DNA of 64,000 bases, from the NCBI GenBank assembly GCA_963707915.1, contig OY970178.1, forward strand, positions 1,632,001 to 1,696,000, given 5' to 3'. Positions 19,653 through 30,550 of this stretch are shown piece after piece (within the stretch, counting starts at the first letter, position 1; each line of letters starts with the position of its first letter). Under the pieces are notes generated by a model. It saw only the letters and a program-made list of their open reading frames with translations, made no database searches and was not told the origin of the DNA. The stretch is from Candidatus Eiseniibacteriota bacterium. GTDB lineage: Bacteria > Eisenbacteria > RBG-16-71-46. The position numbers and the translations under genes were made by a program.

Positions 19653-20827
19653 ATGACCGCAGCCACGGAAGCCAGGACCATCGCCTTCTGCCAGGAGCTG
19701 GTGAGGATCGAGAGCCTCTCGGGCGGGGAACAGGCCGCGGCCGCGGCGGTCGAGCGCGAGATGCGCTCCCTCGGCTACGACGAGGTGCGCCGCGACGAGC
19801 TCGGCGGCGTGGTCGGCAAGCTGCGCGGGGCACGCGCCGCCGGCCCCGGCGCGGCGCCCGGCGCCCTGCTGTTCGACGCCCACCTGGACGTGGTCCCGGC
19901 CACCGAGCCGGGCAGCTGGCGCTTCCCGCCGTTCTCGGGCGAGCTGGCGGAGGGCCGCGTCTGGGGCCGGGGCGCGACCGACGTCAAGGGCTCGCTCGCG
20001 GCGCTGGTCCTGGGGCTGGGCACCCTGCCCCGCGCGGACTTCGCGGGCACCCTGCTGGTCTCGGCGAGCGTCGGCGAGGAGCGCATCGAGGGCCTGGCCC
20101 TGGGCCACGTGCTCGCCGCGCATCCCGCGCGCGCGGCGGTGATCTGCGAGCCGACCGGGCTGCGGCTGGGGCTCGGCCACCGCGGGCGCGCGAGCCTGGT
20201 GGTCGAGGCCACGGGCCGGGCCGCGCACACCTCGCGCGCCGAGAACGGCATCAACGCGGTCTACCGGCTGACCGAGGCCATCACCCGGGTCCGCGCCATG
20301 GCGCCCCGCGCCGACGAGCTGCTCGGGCGCGGCCACGCCGAGCTGGTCGAGGTCTCCTCGCTCCCCTACCCGGGCTCCGCGATGGTGCCCTACCACGCGA
20401 CTGCGCGCTTCGACCGGCGGCTGGTGCGCGGCGAGACCCGCGAGAGCGTGCTGGGCGAGATGGAGGCCGCGCTCGCCGGGCTCGAGGGCGTGAGCGTGCG
20501 CCTGCACCAGGGCACGCTCGGTGCTTCACCGGGCGCTCGTTCACGGTGGAGGCGTTCCATCCCGGCTGGGCGGTGGCGGCCGATGCGCCCCACGTGCGGC
20601 GGGCGCGCGAGGCGCTCGCCGGGGCCGGGCTGGCAGACGAGGTCTTCTACGCTCCGTACTCCACGAACGGGACCGCGACCGCGGGCCGCGCGGGTCTCCC
20701 CACGCTCATCTACGGCGCGGGCGACATCTCCGCCGCGCACGCGGTGGACGAGAGCATCGCCACCGACGAGCTGCTCGCCGCGTCCCGCGGCTACCAGGCG
20801 CTCGCGCGGGGCCTGGCCGCGGGCTGA
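19653..20827 (+). CDS. M20 family metallohydrolase, YgeY-like; frameshift near 20520
   Basis: DAHLDVV, GRGATDVKG, VGEE, ICEP, GHRG, GRAAHTS; continues in ORF 20546..20827 (YSTNG, YGAG..AHAVDE). Confidence 0.85.
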
Positions 20828-20926
20828 GCGGTCCGACGGCGGGACGCCTCCGGCGCGTGCCCGGCTCGAGTTCGACCCCGGGGGGCCCGTCGCCCGGGGC
20901 GGGCAGGGACGCGACCCGGCATGCGT

Positions 20927-20956
20927 GAGCGGGGCGTCCGCTCGGACGCCCCGCTC
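20927..20956. terminator. Hairpin between convergent genes (possible bidirectional terminator)
   Basis: Perfect 14-bp inverted repeat GAGCGGGGCGTCCG / CGGACGCCCCGCTC. Confidence 0.55.
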
Positions 20957-20984
20957 GTGCTCGTTGCTCCGCGATCTACTGCGG

Positions 20985-21941
20985 TTACTCGGCGCGCCCC
21001 AGCACCAGCGCGATCAGCGCCATGCGCAGCACGACGCCGTTGGCGGCCTCGATCCAGTAGCGGGCGTGACGCGTGCTGTCCACGTCGGCGGGCAGCTCGT
21101 CCATGCGCGGCAGCGAGTGCAGGACGATCGAGCCCGGCTTGGCCTTCTCGCGCATCATCGTGCGGGTGACCTGGTACTCGGGCGGCGTGAGGCCCTTCTT
21201 CGCGTCGGCCGCGTCGACGCGCGACTTGGTGTAGTCGGCCTGCACCACCGGCTCGATGTAGATCACGTCGGCCTTGTCGATGCACTCCGACGTGCTCTTC
21301 CACTCGTGGTAGCGCACGTTGCGGTCGGCCAGCTCCTGCTTGAACTCGGCCGTCGGCGCCATGTCCGGCGGGTAGACCACGTCGAGCTCCATGTCGAACG
21401 CCGTGGCGGCGTAGCCGATCGAGTGCATGGTGCGCATGCGGTGGTCGCCGACGCACAGCCAGCGCAGGCCGTCGAGCGTGCCCTTCTCGCGCCAGATCGT
21501 GTACAGGTCGGTGAGCACCTGCGTCGGGTGCTCGCCCCAGCCGTCGCCGCAGTTGATGATGGGCACCGAGGAGTGCTTCGCCGCCTCGGCCGGCGCGCCG
21601 AGCTGGAAGTGCCGCATCGCGATCACGTCGCCGTAGTACTCCAGCATGCGCACGGTGTCCTTGATCGACTCCTGGTAGAAGTCGCCGGCGCGCGTCATCT
21701 TGGCGTCGGAGAAGCCCAGGACGTGGCCGCCGAGGCGGTGCATCGCGGCCTCGGTGGACAGGCGGGTGCGGGTGCTGGGCTGGTAGAACGCGGTCAGCAG
21801 CGTCTTGTCGGCGCACAGGTCGGTGTTGCGGCGGTTGTGGGCGTGCGGCGCGAGCTTCTCGCACACCTCGAAGATGCGGGTGTAGTCGTCGCGCTCGAAA
21901 TCCTTGAGCGACAGGATGTCACGTCCGATGAAGCTCCTCAT
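20985..21941 (-). CDS. Aspartate carbamoyltransferase-like enzyme (pseudo-ATCase) with an altered acceptor pocket
   Basis: PyrB-like STRTRLS, MRH, HPTQ, HSLPR, but TRAGDFYQES and IEPVVQ replace the PyrB KKGE and MTRVQ motifs; own RBS (GAGGTG) and ATG. Confidence 0.85.
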   Translation of the reverse strand: MRSFIGRDILSLKDFERDDYTRIFEVCEKLAPHAHNRRNTDLCADKTLLTAFYQPSTRTRLSTEAAMHRLGGHVLGFSDAKMTRAGDFYQESIKDTVRMLEYYGDVIAMRHFQLGAPAEAAKHSSVPIINCGDGWGEHPTQVLTDLYTIWREKGTLDGLRWLCVGDHRMRTMHSIGYAATAFDMELDVVYPPDMAPTAEFKQELADRNVRYHEWKSTSECIDKADVIYIEPVVQADYTKSRVDAADAKKGLTPPEYQVTRTMMREKAKPGSIVLHSLPRMDELPADVDSTRHARYWIEAANGVVLRMALIALVLGRAE

Positions 21942-22012
21942 GGCACCTCTCCCAGGATGGTGGGTCTGATGACGGCCGGATCCAACGCCGGCCGTGGTTC
22001 CTGCTTCCTTCG

Positions 22013-23256
22013 CTACCCCTCGGGGAACAACGTGTCGAGCACGCCGGCGTCCGGCGGGATGAGCCGCGGCTCGCCGGCCGTCTTCATGGCCGAGGCCACG
22101 TCCTTGAGCCCGTTGCCGGTGATGAGCGCCACGACGCGCCAGGCCGGGTCCACCAGGCCCTGGCGCACGGCCTCCTTCAGCCCGGCCCAGCGCGGCGGCC
22201 GCCGCGGGCTCGGCGAACACGCCGGCGCCGCGCGCCACCTCGCCGATCGCGGCCAGGATCGCGGCGTCGCTCACCGTGACGCCGAAGCCGCCCGACTCGC
22301 GGATCGCCTTCACGGCCGCGTCGCCGTCGCGCGGCAGGCTCACCGAGATCGAGTCCGCCACGGTGTCGCCGGACACCGGCCGGATCACGCCGTCGCCGGC
22401 CGCGGCCTTGACGATCGCCGCGCTGCCCTCGGCCTGCACCGCCAGCAGCCGGGGCGTGCGCTCGATGAAGCCCAGGCGCTGGAACTCGACGAAGCCCTTC
22501 CAGACGCCCGAGAGGATGTTGCCGTCGCCGACCGGCACGACGACCAGGTCCGGCACCTGCCAGTCCAGCTGCTCGCAGAGCTCGAAGGAGACGGTCTTCT
22601 TGCCCTCGCGCGTGTACGGGTTGAATCCGGTGTTGCGGTTGTACCAGCCGAAACGGCGCGTGGCCTCGAGACAGAGATCGAAGGCCTGGTCGTAGGTGCC
22701 GTCCACCGCCAGCACCTCGGCACCGAAGGTCAGCAGCTGCGCGATCTTCGCGCGCGGCGCGGTCTTCGGCACGAAGATGCGCGTGCGGATGCCCGGCGCG
22801 GCGGCGAGCACCGCGGTCGCCGAGGCGGCGTTGCCGGTCGAGGCCCCGGTCACCAGCGTGCACCCGAGCTCCTGCGCGCGCTTGAGCGCGACCGAGCTGG
22901 CGCGACACTTGAACGAGGCGCTGGGATTGCGGCCGTCGTCCTTGAGCAGCAGCGGCCGGGCGAGCCCGAGCTCCCGCGCGAGCCGCGGCGCCTCGACCAG
23001 CGGCGTCCAGCCCACCGGCGGCCCGTCGAGCCGGGCGCTCACCGGCAGGAGCGGCAGGTAGCGCCAGATCGTGCGGTCGCCGCTCTTCGCGAGCGATTCG
23101 CGCGACCAGCTCTTCCTCACGACGTCGAGGTCGTACTCGACCAGCGTGTTCGCGCCGCAGTCCGGGCAGACGTAGCGGTCGTCGGCGACCGGCGCGAGCC
23201 GGCCGCAGGCGACGCAGCGCAGGCCGACCGCGTTGCCCCGGCCGCGGCCCGCTCAC
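22013..23256 (-). CDS. Threonine synthase-like fold-type II PLP enzyme with N-terminal Zn ribbon; frameshift near 22190 and probably near the start
   Basis: CVACG..CPDCG, IWRYLPLLP, GWTPL, NPSASFKCR, ASTGN, EGKKT, VPVGDG, AEPAAA; after the frameshift LITGNGLKD. Confidence 0.85.
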
Positions 23257-24204
23257 GCCACGATCCAGGTGCCCGACTTGCCTTCCAGCGCGGGCACGAG
23301 GTGCTGCGGGTCGGTGATCAGCGCCTGCTTGCCGCCCGACTCGAGGAACTCGATGATCGCCTCGATCTTGGGCTTCATGCTGCCCGGCGCGAAGTGGCCC
23401 TCGGCCAGGTACTTCTTCGCCTCGGCCAGGGTCATGCGGTCGATGTCCTTCTGGTCGGGCTTGCGGAAGTTGAGGCAGACCTTCTCGATCGCGGTCGAGA
23501 TGATGAGCAGGTCGGCCTTCAGGTCGCGCGCCAGCAGGCTGGTCGCGAGGTCCTTGTCGATCACGGCCGCCGCGCCCTTCAGGTGCCCCTTCTCGTCCTC
23601 GACCACCGGGATGCCGCCGCCGCCCACCGCGACCACCACGATGTCGTTCTCGAGCAGCCGGCGGATGGCCTCGAGCTCGATGATCGGCATCGGCTTCGGC
23701 GAGGCCACGACGCGGCGGAACCCGCGCCCGGCGTCCTCGACGATGTCCCACTTGTCCTTCTGCCGGTGCTCGTTCGCGGTCTTCTCGTCCATGAAGGAGC
23801 CGATCGGCTTCGACGGCTTCTTGAAGGACGGATCGTTGCGGTCCACCAGCACCTGCGTCACCACGGTGGCGACCACCGGGGGCCTGCGGCCAGTCCTTCA
23901 TCTCGTTGTACATCGCGCGCTGCACCTGGTAGCCGATCGCCCCCTGGGTGTCGGCACCGCACGAGTCGAGCGGCACCTGGTGCAGCTCGTGGGCCGCCAG
24001 CTCGCTGCGCCGCAGGATGAAGCCGACCTGCGGGCCGTTGCCGTGGGTCACGACGACGCGGTAGCCCGACTTGACCAGCCCCGCGATGTGCCGGCAGGTC
24101 TCCTCGACCGCGGCGTACTGGTCCTCCACCGACTTGTGCGACTCGTCCAGGATCAGCGAATTCCCGCCCACCGCGAGGATGGCGAGCTTCTTCTCGGTCG
24201 TCAT
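23253..24204 (-). CDS. arcC: Carbamate kinase; frameshift in a C-run near 23880
   Basis: AVGGNSL, THGNGPQVG, TQGAIGY, then PSKPIG, RRVVASP, GGGGIPV, AVIDKD, FAPGSMKPK. Confidence 0.93.
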
Positions 24205-24301
24205 GTTCCCCACTCCATCCGCGCCCGAGCGGGCGCGATCGTTCGTTGGTCAGGGACCGGGAGCCGCCCGCAGGCGGCTCCCGTCCACGGTCCGCCGGGC
24301 C

Positions 24302-25785
24302 CTAGAGGGTCTTGAGCACGCCCGTGCGCTCGTTGAACTGCTGGATGAGCCGGTCCCACTCCGCGACCTGGGCCCAGGTCTCGGTCCAGAAGTCGGGCTC
24401 CCACAGGGCGGCCAGCTCCTCGGAGGTCTTGCCCTGCTGCTCCACCCAGGTGAAGTACTTGAGGTTGTGGAGCCGCTTGCGGTCGTGGTAGCCGAGCTCC
24501 TGCAGGTAGTCGGTCCCGGCGCCCTCGAGGTAGCGGGCGAAGTCCTGGGCCGCGCGCTCGCGGGTGTACGGGCCCCGCTCGTCGCGCAGCTCCTGCGTGC
24601 GCGAGCGCGTACAGCGTCCATCGAGTCGGTGAGCGGGGTCGACCATGACGTCGCGCCCGTCCAGCTCGTAGTATCTTCGCCACCTTGATCGCCGCGATCA
24701 GGTTGCAGATGCCGGAGATCCCGACCAGCGGCAGGAGCTTGAGGAAGTCCTCCTTCAGGCCGCTGCGCGGCGAGGAACTTGATCGCCCTCCTCCTCGTTG
24801 AACAGCCGCAGGAGGCTCATGGCACTGCTCGTCGTCGATGGCCGCGACCATGTCGGTGTTGCGCACGTTGTGCACCCAGGGCACGTGCTTGTCGCCGATC
24901 CCCTCGATGCGGTGCGCGCCGAAGCCGTTCGAGAGCAGCGTCGGGCACTGCAGCGCCTCGGTCGCCACGACCTTCACGTGCGGGAACCGGGTGCGCAGGT
25001 AGTCGCCGGCCGCGATGGTGCCGGCCGAGCCCGTGGCCGAGATGTAGGCGGCCAGCCGGCTGTCCGGCTTGCGGATCTGGCCGAAGACCTCCTCGACGAT
25101 CGAGCCGGTCATGGTGTAGTGCCAGGCCGCGTTCCCGAACTCCTCGAACTGGTTGAAGATGGAGATCTTGTCGCCGCGCGTCTTCCGCAGCTCCCAGCAC
25201 TTGTCGTAGATCTCCTTGACGTTCGACTCGGTGCCCGGCGTCGCGATGATCTCGTCCGTGCCGATGGCGCGCAGCCACTCGAAGCGCTCCTTCGACATGC
25301 CCTCGGGCAGGATGGCGATGGCCTTGCAGCCGAGCAGCGCGCTGTCGAAGGCGCCGCCGCGGCAGTAGTTCCCGGTCGAGGGCCAGACCGCCTTGTGCAG
25401 CTCGGGGTCGAACTCGCCCGTGACCAGGCGCGGCACCAGGCAGCCGAAGGCGGCGCCGACCTTGTGGGCGCCGATCGGGAAGTGCTTGCCGACCAGCCCG
25501 ACGATGCGGGCCTTCACGCCGGTCAACTCGGACGGGAACTCGATCCAGTTGCCGCGGTTGAACAGGCCGCCCTTCTCCTTCGGCTCGTTCTTCCAGGTGA
25601 TGCGGAAGAGGTTGAGCGGGTCGACATCCTGCATGCCCGACCCCGGCCAGCCGCTTCTTGATCGGCTCCGGGACCCGGCTCGGGTCCTTCTGCTCGGCGA
25701 AGGTGGGGATGACGATCTTGCGCTCGCGGCAGCGCGCCACGGTCTTGGCGATGACGGCTTCGTCGATCTTCGGAGAGACCCGCAT
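24302..25785 (-). CDS. Fold-type II PLP-dependent enzyme (cysteine synthase-like); several frameshifts
   Basis: AAAAGGAG RBS; MRVSPK..IPTFAEQKDP, PLNLFRITWKNEP, GAHKVGA, WPSTGNYCRGG, TGSAGT, HRIEGIGDKH, GISGICN, HNLKYFTWVEQQG spread over several frames. Confidence 0.8.
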
Positions 25786-25946
25786 CCAATGGCTCCTTTT
25801 CGGCGGAGTTTTCGGGTTTCGGAGGGACCAAGGACAATAGCCGAGGCCGCTGCCGCAGGGCAAACGCGGGGACCGCACAAGTCCTTGACGTCGCATGGCC
25901 GAGGGGCGCGGGCCCGTCCCCCCGCGCGGAGGTCGGGGACGCCGGT

Positions 25947-25976
25947 TTGAACGCGGACCCGCGCAACGGGTACGAT
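25947..25976 (+). promoter_or_regulatory. Possible sigma-70 promoter for the ygeW-like operon
   Basis: TTGAAC-N18-TACGAT in the divergent intergenic region. Confidence 0.4.
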
Positions 25977-26119
25977 GCGCGGCCGACTTCCTGACGGTGG
26001 CCGTCAGCGGCTTGTTTCTCCCTCGAGCGCGGCGGCCACGACGATGCCATCCGCCATTCCGAGGCGCCGGCCGGGACCTTCGAGGGGTCCGCCGGCTCCC
26101 GCACCCAGAAGGAGCCTGC

Positions 26120-27265
26120 ATGAGCCCCGTGACCTCCCTCCCGCCGGTCCCCGACCGCGCCGCGCTCGACGCCCTCTTCGGCCGCAGCATGCTGCTGACG
26201 CGCGACTGGACCACGCCCGAGCTCGAGACCCTGATGGCGGTGATCGGTCGTTTCGCCGGGCTCGACTACGCCGGCAAGTCCACCGCGCTGTTCAAGGACG
26301 AGCTGGGCTGGGCCCTGTTCTTCGACCAGTCCACCCGCACCAAGTCGGCCTGGGCCGGCGCCTGCGCACGCCTCGGCCTGGACCCGGTCATCGTCGACGG
26401 CAGCAGCACGCAGGTCTCGCACGGCGAGACCGCGGTCGAGACCGGCGCGATGCTGGGGATGAACGCCCACGCCCTGGGCGTGCGGCACGATCTCATCATC
26501 GGCGAGGGCAACCGCTTCATGCGCGACGTCAAGCAGGGCATCGACGACTACCTCGCCGCGATCCGGGACCCGCGCCGGGTGCCGGTCGTGAACCTGCAGT
26601 GCGACATCGACCACCCCACGCAGACGATGGCCGACCTGATGTGGATGCGCGAGTGCAACCCCGGCGGCCTCAAGGGCAAGAAGATCGCCATCTCCTGGGC
26701 CTACTCGCCCTCGTACGCGAAGCCGCTCTCGGTGGCGCAGGGCTGCTCCATGCTCTTCACCCGCTTCGGCGCGGAGGTCGTCCTCGCCCATCCCCAGGGC
26801 TACCACCTGATGCCCGACACCATGGAATTCGCCGCGGCCAGCGCGAAGGCCTCGGGCGGCTCGTTCAAGGTGGTGAACTCGATGGACGAGGCCTTCCAGG
26901 GCGCCGACATCGTCTATCCCAAGTCGTGGGGCCCCTACGACCTCATGCTGGAGCGCGTCGCGGCCAACAAGGCGAAGGACAAGGCGCGGCTGGGCGAGAT
27001 CGAGAAGGCGGCGCTGGCGGGCAACGCGAAGCACAAGGACTGGATCTGCGACGAGCGGCGCATGGGACTCACCCGCGGCGGGAACGCGCTCTACATGCAC
27101 CCGCTGCCCGCGGACATCGGCGACGAGGTCTCGCACGGCGTGATGAAGCAGCACACCGTCAACGTCGCGCGCCAGGCCCAGTACAAGATGTACGCGATCA
27201 TGGCGCTGCTCTCGGTGGCGAAGGTCCCGAACCTCGCGCAGCGGCTGGAAGCCCTCGGGAAGTAG
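26120..27265 (+). CDS. ygeW: YgeW-like (knotted) carbamoyltransferase
   Basis: STRT, SHGET, LQCDIDHPTQ, WAYSPSYAKPLSV.QG, YPKSW, MHPLPADI; AAGGAG RBS. Confidence 0.82.
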   Translation: MSPVTSLPPVPDRAALDALFGRSMLLTRDWTTPELETLMAVIGRFAGLDYAGKSTALFKDELGWALFFDQSTRTKSAWAGACARLGLDPVIVDGSSTQVSHGETAVETGAMLGMNAHALGVRHDLIIGEGNRFMRDVKQGIDDYLAAIRDPRRVPVVNLQCDIDHPTQTMADLMWMRECNPGGLKGKKIAISWAYSPSYAKPLSVAQGCSMLFTRFGAEVVLAHPQGYHLMPDTMEFAAASAKASGGSFKVVNSMDEAFQGADIVYPKSWGPYDLMLERVAANKAKDKARLGEIEKAALAGNAKHKDWICDERRMGLTRGGNALYMHPLPADIGDEVSHGVMKQHTVNVARQAQYKMYAIMALLSVAKVPNLAQRLEALGK

Positions 27266-27269
27266 TCCC

Positions 27270-28838
27270 GTGAGCGAAGGCGACACGCGCGGCACGCTCG
27301 ACGCGAGCATCGCGTCGGCGGCCGCGCGTGACCTGCCGCTCGCCGCCGCCATCCTGCGGGAGGCCATCCGCATCCCCGCCGACCACGTGGACCGCCCACC
27401 CGGGGCACCCACCGAAGGTGGGTCCGGCGGCGACCCGCTGTGCGGCACCAGCAACCACGAGGGCCCGCGCCTCGACTACCTGCGGCGCGCCGTCCTCGAG
27501 TCCGGCGCGGTCGCGAGCGCGGACGACGTCGGATTCGACGCCTTCGGCAACCTCAACTGGGTGGTGGAGGACCGCGACGACGGCGTGCCCCACCGCGAGA
27601 AGCGCGTCATCTACCTCGACGGCCACGCCGACACGGTCCGGCCGATGCGCGCCCAGTGGCACGAGCGGACCGGCGGGCTCGACCCGTTCCTCGGGCTCAC
27701 GGACCCCGCGCGGCTCGACCGCGGCCGGCTGCGCCGGGAGCTCGGCTGGCTGCCGCCGGACGACGAGTGGGGGCACCTGGTCTTCGGCCGCGGCGCCGCG
27801 GACCAGCTCGGCGGCGTGGTGGCGCAGATCGTCGCCTCGCGCATCCTGCTCGAATTGAAGCCCGCCGGCGCGCTGCGGGGCGTGATCGTGCGCAGCTACG
27901 TCACGCCGGCGGAGGAGGACAACGAGGGTGGCGGGCCGCTCTTCCTGACGCGGCGCGTGTTCCCCGGCGCCCCGCCCGCCATGCTCCCGGACGTCGTCGT
28001 GCTCACCGAGATGACCGGCGACACGACCCGCGGCGCGCTCGTCGTCCGGCGCGGCCAGCGCGGCCGCATGGCGATCGAGGTCCGGGTCACCGGGCGTTCG
28101 TGCCACGGCTCGATCCCGCGCGAGGGCCTGAACCCGCTCGAGCACGGCGGCGCGATCCTCGCCGAGGCCGCCGCGCGGCACGCGAGCGGCGAGGGCTTCC
28201 TGCGCGATCCGCTGCTCGGAGCCGGCTCGCGCACCGCCACGTGGGCGGAGCTCGAGACGCCGAGCGACTGCTCCGTGCCCGAGCGCTTCCGCTTCCGGCT
28301 CGACCGACGCCTCACCACCGGCGAGTCCCCCGAGCAGGCGCTGCGGGACGTCGAGGGCCTCGAGAGCGTGGCGCGCGCGCGCGCCGCGGGACTCGCCGTC
28401 GAGGTCGCGGTGCCGGTCTACGACCAGCCCACCTGGCGCGGCTACGTGCCCGGGAACGCGCAGGTCTACGCCGCCTGGCAGACCCCCGAGGAGCACCCCG
28501 CCATCCAGGCGGCGCTGGCGACCTACCGTGCCGTGGTGACGCCGCATGTGGCCGCGGACGGCGAGGGCGGCGCGCTGCGCCGCGAGCCCCGGGTCGACCG
28601 CTGGGTGTTCTCGACCGACGGCGTGGGCTGGCCCGTGCCCGAGAGCGAGCGGGCCCTGGTCGTGCCGGACTCGAAGCGGTGGGTCTCCGCGGGCGGGCAG
28701 CGCCACCCGGGCATGTTCGGCATCGGTCCCGGGATCATGCAGAATGCGCACCAGGTCGGCGAGGTGCTGGACCTGCGCGAGTTGCAGCAGGCGATCGCGT
28801 TCCTGGCGCGCTACCCGAGCGTGTTCGCGACGCGGTAG
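27270..28838 (+). CDS. M20 family metallohydrolase, YgeY-like with insertions
   Basis: DGHADTV, GRGAADQLGG, AEEDNEG, LTE, RGQRGR, GRSCHGS, FSTDG, NAHQVGE; 4 bp after the ygeW-like gene. Confidence 0.88.
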   Translation: MSEGDTRGTLDASIASAAARDLPLAAAILREAIRIPADHVDRPPGAPTEGGSGGDPLCGTSNHEGPRLDYLRRAVLESGAVASADDVGFDAFGNLNWVVEDRDDGVPHREKRVIYLDGHADTVRPMRAQWHERTGGLDPFLGLTDPARLDRGRLRRELGWLPPDDEWGHLVFGRGAADQLGGVVAQIVASRILLELKPAGALRGVIVRSYVTPAEEDNEGGGPLFLTRRVFPGAPPAMLPDVVVLTEMTGDTTRGALVVRRGQRGRMAIEVRVTGRSCHGSIPREGLNPLEHGGAILAEAAARHASGEGFLRDPLLGAGSRTATWAELETPSDCSVPERFRFRLDRRLTTGESPEQALRDVEGLESVARARAAGLAVEVAVPVYDQPTWRGYVPGNAQVYAAWQTPEEHPAIQAALATYRAVVTPHVAADGEGGALRREPRVDRWVFSTDGVGWPVPESERALVVPDSKRWVSAGGQRHPGMFGIGPGIMQNAHQVGEVLDLRELQQAIAFLARYPSVFATR

Positions 28839-28869
28839 TCTGGCAGGGCGGGACCGGCGGGGCCGCGGC

Positions 28870-28896
28870 TCAAGCGCGCGCCGCGGCCGCCGACAC
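28870..28896 (+). promoter_or_regulatory. Sigma-28 (FliA)-like promoter of the PilZ-like gene
   Basis: TCAAG-N14-GCCGACAC. Confidence 0.65.
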
Positions 28897-28989
28897 TGGA
28901 AGGTGGACGAGTACGGCCGGGCCGGTGGCGAACCGGGCGGCCGTCCCGTCCGGCGGCCGCTGCGCCGCCATCGTCACGGGGGGCACGAC

Positions 28990-30548
<1,559 letters not shown>

Positions 30549-30550
30549 GG

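Noticed and set aside
20985..23120. Apparent ThrC-carbamoyltransferase fusion (711 aa)
   Set aside because: Produced by a frameshift near 22190; the ThrC C-terminus and stop (22013) are in another frame and the transferase has its own RBS and ATG
8941..24020. Very long plus-strand ORFs (for example 1520 aa and 1938 aa) and similar ones elsewhere
   Set aside because: Antisense shadows of real genes in high-GC DNA; Arg/Pro/Ala-rich with no motifs, apart from the embedded M20 N-terminal part
25850..25895. CAGGGCAAAC resembling a c-di-GMP-I riboswitch
   Set aside because: The GNRA-capped P2, GACGCAAAG junction and P3 elements are not present
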